This document shows, piece after piece, positions 24,608 through 37,880 of a stretch of 64,000 nucleotides of DNA. A program made the position numbers and the translations under genes. Every line of letters starts with the position of its first letter. The stretch's first letter is position 1. The notes below the pieces were generated by a model that saw nothing but the letters and a program-made list of their open reading frames with translations, did not search any database and was not told the origin of the DNA. Source of the stretch: Cyanophora paradoxa CCMP329 (Eukaryota; Plantae; Glaucophyta); NCBI GenBank assembly GCA_004431415.1, contig QPMI01000622.1:75417-139416 (forward strand), given 5' to 3'.

Positions 24608-26734
24608 TCAGTGCTTGAGCTTGCTGAAGATGTCGTCGGGGTAGATGGCGACCTTCAGGCAGCCGTCCACCTGGTTCGCGAACACCTGCCCCCGCCCCCG
24701 CCCCCGCAGTCGGGCGGCCGGCGGGGGCGGGCGGGGCGGGGCCGGGGGCGGGGACGGACGCGGTAGGCCTCCTCGATGTTGGAGAGGGCGAAGCGGTGCG
24801 TCACGAGCGCCATCACGTCCGCGCGCTTCGCCTCGATCACCGACATCAGCCTGCCCCGCCCCGCCCCGCCCCGCGTGAGGATGAGACCGGCGGGCGATCG
24901 CGCGGCGCGGGGCGGGCGGACCGGCGCATGCGCTCCTTGCCGCCGGGGCAGAGGGAGGCGACGATGGTGTGGTCGCCGATGCCGCACGCGAAGTCTTGCA
25001 GGCCCAGCTGCGCCCCTCTCAGCGCCGGCGGCGGGGCGGCGGGGCGGGGCGGGGCGGGCGGTGAGGTCGGTGGAGTAGACGCCGAGGGAGGCCATGCGAC
25101 CTGCCGGCTTCAGCACCTTCATCCCGTTCGCGAACGTCCCCTGCCCGCCGAGCTGAAGCGAGGCCGGCGGGGGCGCGGGGAGCGGGGCGGGGCGGGGGGC
25201 GGGCCTGGGCGCCGAAGGCCTCGACGGCGACGTCGACGCCGTGCTCCTCCGTCAGCCGCTTGATCTCCGCCACCGGCTCGTGCGTCTTGTAGTTCACCAC
25301 TGCCCGCCCCGCCCCGCCAGCCCACGCCGCCGTCGACGTCGGAGGCAGGCGGGGGCGGGGGCGGGGTGTGGGTGGCGGGGGCGCACCGAGGTCGGCGCCC
25401 ATCTTCTTGGCGAGCTCGAGGCGCGTCGGGTTCGAGCCGACCCCGATACTGCCCCCTGCGCGTCAGCCCCGGGCCGGGGCGCTGGGCGCTGGGCGGGGGC
25501 GGGCGGGGCGGACATCTTGGTGGCGCCCATGAGCTTGGCGCCGAGGGTGGCGCAGAGGCCGATGGGCCCCTGCGCGAAGACCGCCACCGAGTCCCCGATC
25601 TTGACCTTGGCCGCCTCCGGGCCCGAGAAGCCCGTGCTCATGATGTCTGCCCCGCCCCCTCAGCGGCGGGGCTGGGGCGGGGCGAGGGCCGGGGCCGGGG
25701 CGGGGGCGGGCTCGCCGGGGCACATGAGGACCTGCTCGTCGGTCAGGGAGTCCGGGATGGGGCACATGTTGTACATCGCCGACGGCACGATCATGTACTC
25801 CGCCTGCGCGGCACCCGTCAGGCCCCGCGGCGGAGGGCCGGGCCGGGGCGATGGAGTTGGAGGGGCGGGGGGCGCCTGGGAGCCGTCGATGGAGTTGCCG
25901 AGCTTCCAGCCGCCGGCGTTGTGGCCGCCGCACTGCGCAGGGTGGCCCTCCTGGCACGTCCCGCAGTACCCGCACGGCCTGCCCGCCCGTCAGGCATCCA
26001 GCCTGGCAGCGCGAGGGGGGGGGCTCGCGGCGGGCGCACGTGATGGCGCCGACGACGACGCGCTGGCCCACCTGGTAGCCCTCCACCCCGGGGCCCAGCT
26101 TCGCCACGACGCCCACCGGCTCGCTGCGCCCCGCCGGCGAGTCGGTGTGCGCAAGCGGGGCCGGCGCGGGGCCGGCGGGGCGGCGGGGGCGCGCACTGGC
26201 CGAGGGTGCGACCTGCCTGGATCCAGTCGATCTCCCCCTTCATGATGTGCACGTCTGCAGCGCCCCCGCCGCGACCCGTCAGCGCCCGGCCGGCCGGCCG
26301 CGGTGACTGTGCGCGAGAGCTCGAGCGCTAGCCGTCGACGTCCTGGCTTGGCGCCGGCGGTTTCGGCAGCGCACCAGTGCCGCAGATCTGACGGTGCGGG
26401 GACATCAACGTGTGTGAGACGGCGCGGCGGCGAGCGCGGGCGGCGCACGGTCGTGCATGTGATCTTGATAAGCGCCTCGCCGGCCTTCGGCTCGGGCACC
26501 TGTGTCGCCCACGTGCATCAGCACAGTGCCGGACGCGGGATCGATCGAACGCGAGGCACGCATGCGCACGGGCTTCTTGACCAGACCGATCTTTCCCTTG
26601 CCTGCGCATATATATGCATGCGGGGGAGGCGGATCGGAGGCGCGCATGTGGCTATCGCAGCGCGGTCGGTGCGACGCACCCTGTAGGACGAGGGCGGTCA
26701 TCTCCTTCGGGATTGGCATCGCGCCGACCGTCAT
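24608..26734 (-). CDS. Zinc-dependent alcohol dehydrogenase (MDR superfamily), multi-exon
   Basis: ITCTTICGTDVHIMKG, GHEPVGVV, CGYCGTCQEG..QC, IMSTGFSG, VAVFAQGPIGL, GVDVAVEAFG, DGCLKVAI. Confidence 0.92.
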
Positions 26735-27441
26735 CTTCTCAAGCTTCACCTCCGAGGCTCGTCGACGTCCGCTGGTCTTCTTTGCTCCGCGCGCGGCTGC
26801 TCTAGATCTTTCGGTCCGGCGACACTCGTGCTCTCTTCAAGGCTTTGACAAGACGAGACTGGTCTAGATCTCGTTCCCTGATGGCCTGGCAAATTGCTGC
26901 TGCTGGCGCGATGTTAAGTCTGCAACTGCCGGCCGCACGTCACGGCGTCACGGCGTCACGGACTGACGGGCTCCTCAAATTCGATATTCGTCGTACCGGT
27001 ACCGTAACGCCGGGCCGCGAGTAATATAATCGCGATCAAATCGCCAAGAGCTTATAATTACAACCAAACCAGACCGCGAACCATGGCGAACGTGGCGCTA
27101 GTTGACTGCAGCTAGCGCTGCAGCTGCGAATTTGAGTCATCATGATCAGTGCATGCGCACGTGCGCGTGAAGACCAGATTTAGACCACTCCTTCGAATTC
27201 GATCGCGAATTGCCAAGTTGCGATTGAAAATCGAATTTGCTAGCTTCCCCCAGTTGCATGCGCAGGGCCCAGACCAGACCAGAACTGCTTCCCCCTGGCC
27301 CCTCAAATTGCTGGCTTCAACCAACTATAACTTATAATGAAATTAAAATTGAAAAATTGAACGGATTTCGAGCTTCTGCAGTTGCGCTACTCCGCGTTGC
27401 CAAGTTGCGCCGCGCGCAGGGGGCGGGCTCAGGGGGCGAGC

Positions 27442-29400
27442 TCAGGGCGCGGGGGCGGTGAGGATGGTCTTGCCACGGGGGCGGGCGGGGCGGGGCGGGC
27501 GGCTCGGCGAGGGCCTCGGGGAAGCGGTCGAGGGGCACGCGGGGGCCCACAGGCGGCACCATCGCCCCCGACGCCACCAGCGCCCCCACCTGCCCCGCCC
27601 CGCCCCGCCTCAGACCCCGGGCAAGCGGGGCCGGCGTGCGGGGCGGGCCCTGCGGAGGAGGTCGAGCCGCTCGGCCGGCGCCATGCGGCCCACGCGCGCC
27701 GTGCGCCAGAAGCCAGAGACTGGCCCCGCGCCCCCGGCCCCCGGAGGCGGCTTCAGCGCGGGCCGGGCCGGGGCGGCCGCGGGGCGGGGGGCGGGGGGGC
27801 GCCTGAGGACTCGCGGTAGACGAGGAGGGCGCCGTCGAGCTGCACCGCCTCGCCCGACATGCGCCCGTAGCACAGCATCCGCCCGAAGCCGCCCAGCGCC
27901 CGCGCCACCTGCCCGCCCCTGCCCGTCGGCCTCGCCCCCGGGGGCGGCGGCGCGGGCGGGGCGGGCCTGGCTGCCGATGGCCCCCCGACCCCGTCCACCG
28001 CCATTGTCACGCCCTGCCCAGGCGCGCCCGTCAGCGGCCCCGCGTGGCGGCGCCCGGCGCGGGGCGCGGCGGCGGCGCGCCTTCCCGCCCGTAATGCGCT
28101 TCACCCCCTCGGCGATCGCGCCGGGGCCGTCCGCCGCGCAGATCTGCCAGGTTTCACGGCGGGTCACGGCCCGTCGGGCGGGGCGGGGCGGCGGGGCGGG
28201 TGAGGGCGCGCACGACGTCGCTGCCGAAGCTGCGCACGTACGCCTCGTCCTCGCGCGCCCGCACCACCCCGATCGCCCGCACGCCCCTGGCCCCGCCCCG
28301 TCAGCCCCAGCCCGCTGCCCCGGGTGCAGGGTGCGGGGAAGGGCCGCGCCGGCTGCGGCAGAGCTGCGCCATGCAGACGCCGACGGCCGACGTGGCGGCG
28401 CTCTGCGGGCGGGGGCGGTGGGCGCGGGGCGGGCGCTCGGGCTCGGGGGCGGGCGGGGCGGGGCGGGCCTGGAGGAGGAAGCGCGGCTCGGTCGCCGGCG
28501 TGCTCCCCAGCAGCTCTGCCCGCCCCCGCCCCTCGGCCCCGCCCCGAGGCGGTAGCGGAGGCGGGGAGGGGAGCAGGGCGGCGCGCCCTCGAGCATCAGG
28601 TAGGCGGTCACTGCGGGGCGGGGCGGGTGAGGCGGAGCGGGGCGGGCGGCGGCCTGCGGGGGCCGGGCGGGCGAGCTGCGGGCGGCGGACCGGGGTTGAC
28701 GGCGAGCTGGCAGGCGACATCGTCGGGGACTCCCTCCGGCGCCTCCGCGCACTCCTCCGCCCGCACGTTCTCCACCTCCTGCCAGCTCCCTGCCCCGCCG
28801 CCCTGCCCCCCAGGCCCGCCCCCCGCGTCGGCGGCGGAGCGCGGCGGCCGGCGGCCGCAGGCCTAGGTGCCGGCGGGACGACCGGCGCACCGGCCGCCCA
28901 GGGGCACGACGCGGGCGCCCGGTGCGATGCGGACGCCTTCGCCGACCGCTTCAACGATCCCCACGCCCTCGAAGCCCGCGACCTGCCCTGCCGTCCCCGC
29001 CCAGCTCGAGCAGCGTCCTCGCGAGCAAGCGGCGCCGGCGCACCGGGCAAAGACGCGGCGAGGCCGTACTTGCCCTTGACAAACAGCAGGTCCGAGGGGT
29101 TGATCGGACGCGCGAGGTAGCGCAGCGTCACCTCGCCTGCACGCGCGGGGGGCTGAGCGCTTAGGTCGCAGAGAGAATTCGAGACGAGAACTAGCTAGTG
29201 CTCTTCTATGCGCAGACAGCGACGTATGCGCCGGCGGGCGTCGACGTCGGCGCACCACGCGCGGGCGCGGGCGGCGGAGCTCGCTCCTCGAGGCGGAGCA
29301 CCTCCGCCGGCTCCCCGCATCGATCGAACACGACAGAGAGGTTCCTCCGCAGCGATGTGGCCGTCGAGGCCGCCCGCGAAGCCGCATGCGCAGGCCACAT
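27442..29400 (-). CDS. Zn-independent MDR reductase, mitochondrial trans-2-enoyl-CoA reductase (MECR)/quinone reductase-like, multi-exon
   Basis: GEPAEVLRLEE, LARPINPSDLLFVKGKY, AGFEGVGIVEAVGEGV, VNPVTAYLML, QSAATSAVG, GRMLCYGRMSG, GKTIL. Confidence 0.8.
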
Positions 29401-29557
29401 GGCTCCTGTACTCCCCCCGAGCCTCACTGTGAATCGATCGGCCTCGGTCCCGAGCGCAGCCCTTGGCTTCATTGGCCCATTATCAGTGCGAAAGAGAGGA
29501 GCCAGACCAGATCGCTAGCCGCGCGACGGTCCGTCGCCGTCGGCGGCAGCGATATCG

Positions 29558-30447
29558 ATGGCGCTACGCGGCTGGCTGCAGCCGATGGCGGAGGTCGCCG
29601 CCAACCTCGCCGTGTTCTGGACGTTCTGGGAGAACGTCGCGCAGACCTGCTGGGTGCGGCGCCGCCCGTCCAAGCGCGCTCGCCCGCCGAGCGCTGCGGC
29701 GCAGGTGGAAGGCCCCTCGATGCTGCCCACGCTGAACGAGAACGGCGGCGATCTCGTCCTGTGCGCCGCCGCCGCCGCTGTCAACGCAGCCGCCGCGCGC
29801 CTGCAGCTGACCGGGGCGGGGCGGCAGGGTGGACAAGCTAACGCCGCTCGTGGCGCCGTACGAGCGCGGCGACGTCGTCCTCTTCACATCGCCCGTCAAC
29901 CCGAGTGCGCGCGGCCGCCTCGCAACCTGCGCTGGCCCGCTGCGCTGCGCCGCCTCACTCGGCAACGGCGCCGCAGAGCGCGTCGTCGTGAAGCGCATCG
30001 CGCGGAAGGTGCGCGGGGCCACTTCGAGCTCGCTTAGCGCCGCCGCCCTTGTTCGAGCCCCGCCGCAGCAGGGCGACTGGGTGCAGGCCCCCGTGAGCGA
30101 CTCGGGCGAGACCAAGTGGATCCAGGCGCGCCCGGCGGCCGGCGCGGCGCCTCTGGCGCGCGTGAGCGGGGCCGGCAGGTGCCGATGGGCCACGTGTGGA
30201 TGCTGGGGGACAACGAGCGCCAGTCGCACGACTCGCGGCACTACGGACCCGTCCCCACCGGCCTCATCCACGGCCGCACCGTCTGCCGCGTGCGCCCGCA
30301 GCGCCGAGCCCCCCGTCCCTGAACCCGCCCCGCCCACCCTTGACTCGCCGGCAGCTGCTGCCCTTCTCGCAGTTCGGACCTCTGCAGGGGGGCCCGAGGA
30401 AGGACGGGTCCCCGCCTGCCCCCGCCCCGCAAGCGCCAGAGCCCTAG
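29558..30447 (+). CDS. Mitochondrial inner membrane protease subunit (peptidase S26, IMP1-like), multi-exon
   Basis: VEGPSMLPTLN (catalytic Ser), RGDVVLFTSP, VVKRI (catalytic Lys), VPMGHVWMLGDN..SHDSRHYGPVP. Confidence 0.92.
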
Positions 30448-30486
30448 CCCTGGCCATGGGTCGGCCGCTCTTCCCCTCTGTTTCCT

Positions 30487-32701
30487 ATCCCGGCGTTGGC
30501 GACGTCAATCACGGGCCGGCCCGGCCTTCCGGTGGCGCGTCGCCAAAATTCGAAGGCGGGCGCATCTTCATCGCACCCTCGCGACTTCAGTCCTGTACCC
30601 CGGTTCCTATCCTCGACAATAGGCCGCTTCGGGGGGCGCTTGCGCTCCACACGCGCTCTGGGGGCTCCGGGGGCCGAGCCCACCGCGTTCTGGGGTGGTT
30701 CTGCGCCTGCCGCAATGCGCGGCGGGACCGCAGGGGGCCGGGCCTTTGACCGCATTGCCACGCCGTGTACCCCAACTGTGGATAGGATACTTTCGAAGGC
30801 GCTCCCGGCGTGAATTCGCAGACGAGGACGCGTTCATCGATGGCGCGCAATCCCAGCACGGGAATGCGTTGTTTGCGGCGCACAGCAGACCGCGGGGCGC
30901 CGAAATCGCGAGGAGAAATTGCACCGCCCGGAAGCCCGTCGCTGTAGACGTTTCCTCGGCCAGCTCCGACACTGCTTCTGAGGGGGTACACGTTACTCGA
31001 GGACGGGTAAGGGGTAAGGGAGCGTGCAAGGGGGAGGGAGGGGGTACCGGCTCGTTATCGAGGCGACGTTCGGGGAGAAGTGGCGCTGGACCTGTACCCC
31101 GGGCCATCAGCGGGGTACGCGAAAAAGGGGGTTCGGCGCACAGTGAGACTCGCCCCGCGAGGGGTTCGGGGTACTTCAAGGGTGCACGAGTCGCCCCCGC
31201 GGACGGTGCGGCAGAGCTCGCCGCAGACCGCACGGAGTGCCGCCAAGAAATGGGGTGGGGCGGGGCCGGCGGGACTGGTGAACGGGGTCGGAGGCGGACA
31301 GCAGGAGTCGGAGCCGGGGGGAGGGCGGCGGCGGAAGTGGCGGGCGGGGGCGGGGGCGGGGCGGCTCAGAGTCGGGAGCGGGGGTAGTGGCGGGGAGGAG
31401 CGAGGCGAGCGTCGCGGGCCCTCCTCGTCCGGCGCGGCCGCCGCGGCCGGAGAGCCCGCGAGCGAGAGCTCCCGCCGGCCCCGCCGGCCCCGCCCGCCAC
31501 CGCCCCTAGGCGCAAGGCTCGCCGCCAGTGAGATCGGGATCGCTGCGACGAGGCTCTGCAGGCTCGGCGCGTGCACGGCGAGGCGCTGCGGCGCCGTAAG
31601 CGGCGAAGGCGCAGGGAGGGAGCGGGGGCGGGGCGCCTGCAGGCGGCGTGCGGGGAGGCGGGCCTCCACGGCGCCCGGGAGGGCTGTGGGGGCGAGGGGC
31701 CTCGAGGCCTTCCAGCGGGAGACGGGCTGCCCGCCCCGGCGCCCCGACCGCCCCGCGCGACGCGCCCGAGGAGCCTCTGCGCGCGCAGCGTCATGATCAG
31801 CCAGCGCCGGCGCAGCCTCCGAGCGGGCGCCCGTCGCGAGGGGCAGCACCTTCATGATCAGCAGGCGCAGCTAGCGCTGCGGGAGGACGCTCGCCAGGTC
31901 GGTGCTCTCTCGACCCGCCCCCGCAGCGGACGGCGAGGAGATATATCGCTCGGCGAGGGCACCGTCCCAGGCCTGGAGCAGCTGGAGCGGCGGCGCTCGA
32001 CGCTGGCGTGCTCAAGCTTGCAGTTGGCCATGGGCGCGCGTCGACGTCTTCGCGTCTTCTTCTTTTGCCGACTCCGCAGCAGGCCTAGGGGAACTTCGCC
32101 GACTCCGCACTATTGGCAACGCACCGCCTGGCTTCGCGACCTCGCTGGCCATGCCGCGGGCCTGCGGCGTTGGCCTTTCAGTAGCTTTACCCCTCCGCGC
32201 ACGAGGGCCCGCACCATGCATATGGCCCATGGCCATGGCCACGCGTACGGCCCACAGGTTTCTCCTCGCAATTTCGGCGCCCCGCGGTCTGCTGTGCGCC
32301 GCAAACAACGCATTCCCGTGCTGGGATTGCGCGCCATCGATGAACGCGTCCTCGTCTGCGAATTCACGCCGGGAGCGCCTTCGAAAGTATCCTATCCACA
32401 GTTGGGGTACACGGCGTGGCAATGCGGTCAAAGGCCCGGCCCCCTGCGGAGGCTGCGGTCCCGCCGCGCATTGCGGCAGGCGCAGAAGCACCCCAGAACG
32501 CGGTGGGCTCGGCCCCACGGCCTCCCCAGAGCGCGTGTGGAGCGCAAGCGCCCCCCGAAGCGGCCTATTGTCGAGGATAGGAACCGGGGTACAGGACTGA
32601 AGTCGCGAGGGTGCGATGAAGATGCGCCCGCCTTCGAATTTTGGCGACGCGCAAACGGACGGCCGGGCCGGCCCGTGATTGACGTCGCCGCCGCCGGGAT
32701 A
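30487..32701. repeat. Long inverted repeat pair (~430-bp arms at 30487-30918 and 32259-32701) enclosing ~1.3 kb; possible foldback/MULE-like element
   Basis: The arms are near-identical reverse complements, which also shows up as duplicated peptides in opposite-strand ORFs. No TSD found. Confidence 0.8.
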
Positions 32702-33680
32702 GCAAGCGGCACGAGCCGGCGCCGCGGTTTTGACCTTCGCGCAAGCAGGATGCGCGGCGACCGTCCAGCTAGGCTAGGCGACGGATGAGGCTGACGGGTG
32801 AGCTGGAGGACGACGGGTCTAGCTATCAGTATAGCCTATCTTAGAAGTTTAGAGAGCCTCGCTTTCGACGTTCAGCGTTCGCTGCCGCTGCTGCAGCAGC
32901 GCATGCAGCTGCCGGCCGCGGCCGCGCGGTATCGGGACGTCGACTTGCAATTGAGGAATCGAAGGCTCATCAGAACACCAGCGAGGCCGGCAGCGGCGAC
33001 TCCTTCTTAGACGTTGAGCCGACGTCCACATGTACAGGAGCGGGAGCAGCGCGGCTTGGCGCGAGGATCGTCCGAATTCGAACGTTAACACTTGCAATTG
33101 CACGAGTGTCTAGCTGCAGATCCCGACGGGCAGCCAGCTTCAGCCACACGCTTGAGCATCGTCATGATCATGATCAGCTGCTCTGCAGCTGTCTATTTGG
33201 GTCTCGCGAGCATGTCTTGGCCGAGTGGCATCGTCGAAAGGCCGTCGACGTCAACGTTGCGGGCCCAAGTGCAGAACGTACGCGTGCGTGCGGGCGCTCA
33301 TGATCATCGATCAGCTGCTCGCCCGTCGCTTCAACTTTAATTAATATATTCTTGCGAAGATGCTCGAGGCATTCGCACCGCTTTCGGCCGTCTGAACAGG
33401 TTTTGTGGTCGACGCATGCGCAACGACGGGTTCGAAAATATTCCTGCGACAGGTTCTTTCGCCCTCGCATATATAGATTGACATGTGCACAATCGCAAAT
33501 GCTGTCTGCAAGTGCGATCAATTGCGTCGGTATTATGCTCTAAACATCGAGCATTAGAATAGAGCGGTGCTGAACTGCGAACAATCCATGGCCTTCGTTA
33601 ACGCTAGATGTAATGCATTTTCGGTTCAAACTCGAATTCGCGTGCAGATCTGACACAGTTCGGGTCGGGATCTCGGTTTG

Positions 33681-36600
33681 ATGAATGATGACCCCGACGA
33701 CCGAAGACTCGGGGGGCGGCGGCCCTCGCAGCAGGCGATTGCAAGCGCTCAGCTGCAGGAGCCCGACCGTGGGCAGCCGGGAGGGGCCGACGCGAGTTCT
33801 TTCGGCACCCCGAGCGCCCCGGGGCTCGACAGCGTGCACGGGCTCCCCTCGCAGCTGATCATCGGGCTCGACATCGGCTCCCCGATCTGCAATGCCTACG
33901 GCGGCCTGTCGGGCAGCGACACCGCCTCTCCAGCGGGGGCCGCCCCTTGGGAGGACGCCGGCGGCGAGCGCGGCCGCTCTGTGCGAGACCGCGCCGCCGC
34001 CGGAGACGCGGCGCCCCTGGTGCCGCCCCCGCCTCCTTCCCCTTCCTTTCTCCCGCCTTTTCCCCGCAGCTCACGCCGCGCAGCTCACCTCCCCGGGGCC
34101 CCCCCGGTGGGGGCCTGCGGGGGCGGGGCCGGAGACGCCGCCGGGGGGCGGGGGGCGCGGGGAGCTCGCGTTGGAGCACGCGGAGGCCATTGACGGCATC
34201 GCGCGCGCCGTCTGCGGGCCCCTCTCACGCCTCTACTGTCCGCCCCCGGCCCTCTGCACTCGCGTTTCGCCTCGCCGGCGCTGACGCCGGCGCCGGGGCA
34301 GACGCGGAGGCGTGGAAGTGGGACGCGGCGGCGCGCCTCTTCCGCTGCGTGCGGACGACGCTCGTGGGGGGCGGGTCGGAGAGCCCCTCGCAGGCGCTGA
34401 GCCGCGTGACGCGCATGGCGGCGCGGGCGGCCGGCGATGCGAGCCCGCGGCTGCAGGGGGCGCCGGGCGAGCGGACGTCGGGGGGGTCGGAGGACATGGC
34501 CGCGGGGAGGCCGGCCGGCACGGGCGGCGGCTCGGGGTCGACGCCGCGGGAGCGGGGCTGGTCTCCGCGGGAGGTGTCGATCGCGGGGTTCCGGGGGCGG
34601 GCGGAGGGCCTGACGGCGGCGATGGGGGAGGACCTCGTCGGCCGCGCCGCCGCTGCCCGGGCCCTCGAGTGGCTCACCGACTGCTCCCTCTGCCCCCCCG
34701 CCACCTTCCGCCGCTCCGGCCCCAACTGCCCCGTCCGCGCCGGCGTCGCCCTCCCCAGTGCGTGCCGGCCTTCCTTTGAATTCCTTCTAAATTCGAATTG
34801 GCGATGGGTGCGCGCGCGGAGCTGATCGCAAGCTGACATGCCCCCTCCGCTTCGCGATCGGTCCCTTCGCGCAGCCTTCCACGCGCTGCCGCCCTGCGAC
34901 GTGCGCCCCGCCCGAGCTCCGCCCGCCGCCACGCTCCCTTTCAAAAAAACTAAATTGATATCGATAAAAACCAAAACCGTGCAAGCTGAGTTGAGCTGAG
35001 CATTTCGCGCGCGGGGCGCAGCCGTTCGTGGTGTTCGGTGCGCACGCGGCACGGCCCCGCCCCGCCCGCTCCCTCGCGCTTGCGGCGGCTCGTTGCGAGG
35101 GGCGGCGCAGCGTTCTTCTCGGCGCGGGCGCTGGAGTACGACGGCGTCGTCGCCGAGTTCGTGCGCCTCTCCGCCGCCGCCGGCCTCTTCCGCCTCGGGG
35201 CCCTCTGCCCGCCCCTCCCCCCGGCCCCCGCCCCGCCCCCGTCCTCCGTCCTCTCCATTCTCACCCGCCCCTCCTCCGAGGTGCGCGCGCGCGCCCCAAA
35301 GCGGCCGCGTGCACGCGGGTCGCGGCGCTGAGCAGCGTCGTGCCCGGACGCTCGGTGCAGCGGGACGAGGCGTGGGCGGCCCGGGCCGAGGCGGCGATCG
35401 TGGCGGCGGGCGGCGGCCCCTTCCTTCGCAAGTTCCCCACCCTCCGGTGCCCCCCCGCGCGCCCCCTGAGCGCCAGCGCCGGCTCTGGCGCCGAGGGGCG
35501 CGGCAGGGCGGCGATCGTGCGGCACGCGAGCCTCGCATCCTTCTCCCCCGGCCACCTCCGTGCGCCTCGCCCCCGCCCCCGCCCCCGCCTTCGCCCCCGG
35601 CGCCTCGGCCTCGGCGCCCCGGCGAGCGCGGGAGGGCAGTGTTCGAGCGGGGCGAGGCGGGGACGGAGGCGTACCTCATCGTCCTCGGCACCGTCGCCTG
35701 CCACGACGCCCCCTCCGCCGCCAGCTCCCCCGCCCTCCCCGGCGGGGGCGAGAGCCCGCGCACCCCCAGCTCCGGTGCCCCGCCCGCCGCCCTGGAAGCG
35801 AGAGCGGGGAGGCTGACGCGGGGCGGGCACGGGCAGACGGGTGGACGCTGCGGGCGGGGGACGTGCTCGGCGAGACGGCCCTCCTCGCCCCCCGCGCCAG
35901 GCGGTGCGTCCCCGCCCGCAGCGGCCCTCGCACGCGTCCGGTCGCTGACGGCAGGCCGGGCGGCCCCGGGCCGGCCGCGGGGGCGGGCAGGCTGGTGAAG
36001 GCGGTGTGCCGGGAGGAGGTCCTCGCCGTCGCCGTCGACTTCGCGGGGCAGCTCCTCGAGCCCGGCCCCGCCTCCGCATCCCCCGCCTCCTCCCAGCCCG
36101 CCCCCGCCGCCTTCGGGGCCTCGGCGGCAGCAGCCCCGTCTCCGCCGCGCAGCGCCCCGCGGCCAGGGGCCCGGGCCCCGCCCCCGGCGTCGAGCTGACG
36201 TTCCTCCCGGCCCGGCGCACGGCGGGGCGGATCGGGGGCGGCCCCGTCGGCGGCGACGCGGCACGAGCGCCTCGCCGCCGCCTACGCCGCCGTCCTCGCC
36301 GCCAGGGGCCCGCCCCCGCCCCGCCCCCGCCCCCGCCCCGCCGCGGCGGGTCCCTCCCCGCGGGGGCTCGCCCTTGGCCTGGAGGGCTTCCCCGACTACG
36401 GCCTCGAGCTCCAGCTCGGGCTCGACGCCGAGCCGCCGGGGCCGCCGAGCGCGTCGGGGGCCGGCGGGGGCGCGGCGCGGCGGCGGAGCCCGAGCGGGGG
36501 GCGCTCGCCGATGATGGACATCTCCCGCCTGCTCTCCCCGAGCCCCTTCGGCCCCGACCTCCTCTCCCCCGCCGCCTTCGCTTTCGCCCTCGACGGCCTC

Positions 36601-37880
36601 GGGCCCTCCGCCCCCTCTTCCGCACCCGCCCCCGCCAGCGCCCCCGCCGGCGTCGCGGGTCTCGCGGCGCTGCAGAGCCCGCGCACCGCTGGGGCGCACG
36701 TTGTGCCGCAGATGCAGGCGCCGCTGCCGCCGGCGTGGCCCCAGGCCGCCCCGCGCCCGGGCCGCACACGCAGGCGCCGCGGGGCGGGGAGGGGGCCCCT
36801 CCCGCGCCCCTCCTCTACGACTACACGGGCCTCGGCCAGCGGCCGCCCGGCGCTCCGCCCTCGAGCTGCCCCCCGCTCGCCATGCCGGCTCCCAGCGCGA
36901 GGCCGGCCCCCACCGGGGGCGCCGGGACGCCGAGGGAGCTGCCGCGCCTCGTCCCCTCGCCACGGGCGGGGGCCCGCCGGGCCTCACCTTCAGGAGCCGT
37001 GCGCGCGCCGCCCGCCGCCGCCCAGAGACTCCAGAGGCCCCCCGCCCGCCTGACCCCGCGCCCCGCCGGCAGCTCCGGAGCACGGGCAGGGCGCTAGCAC
37101 GCCGAGGGAGGGCGCCGCGCCGCCCCCGCCGCCGCCCCGCCGCACTCGGGCGGGGCGAAGCGGAAGCGGAGCGGCATCACCCTGGAGGCCATCGAGGTGC
37201 GCCGGCCCGGGCCCCGCCCCGCCGGCGCCTGTGACGCCGGCGGGGCGGGGGCGGGGCCAGGCGCTGTACCACCTGCCGCTGCACCGCGCCGCCGAGCAGA
37301 TCGGCGTCTCCTCCTCCACCCTCAAGCTCGCCTGCCGCGAGCTCGGCGTCCTCGTGCGCCCGAAGCCCCCCCCCCCCCCCCCCCCCCCGCCCCCCCCCCA
37401 CGAACCTCGCCCTCGGGCGCTGAGCGGGGCGGGGCGGGGGCGGCAGACGTGGCCGCACCGGCGGGTGAAGCTGGAGCAGAGCCTGGCGGCCTCGGTGCAC
37501 GTGGCGGCCGCCCAGCTGCACGCCGCCTCCCCGGCCGGCTTCCCCCGCCTCCAGCTGCCCCGCCCCCCAGCGGCCCCCGCCCCCGTCCGCCCCGCCCCGA
37601 CCGCCACTCCGTCATGCACGCCGCCTTCCCCCCGAGCGTGCCGCCCCGCGCCCGGGCCCGGGCCCGGGGCGGCCCCTCCTCCCCGGGCCCCGCCGGGGCC
37701 GGGCGGAGCGGGGTCCGGGGCGCGCAGGCGCTCAACGCGGAAGCGCTGCGGGCGCTCGAGCGCGCGCTCGCCGGCCCCGGCGCCCCCGGCCCCGGCGCGG
37801 GGCAAGGCCAGACACACTCGTCCCCCCCCGCATCCGCCCCCCGCCGCGAGCAGCCGCGGAGCCGCCCGCCCACGCCTTAG
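33681..37880 (+). CDS. RWP-RK transcription factor with an upstream cyclic-nucleotide-binding-like domain, multi-exon; gene model approximate
   Basis: ITLEAIE|ALYHLPLHRAAEQIGVSSSTLKLACRELGV|TWPHRRVK (RWP-RK, ~37175-37480); PFLRKFP..VFERGEAGTEAYLIVLGTV..TLRAGDVLGETALL (cNMP-like, ~35415-35890). Confidence 0.72.
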
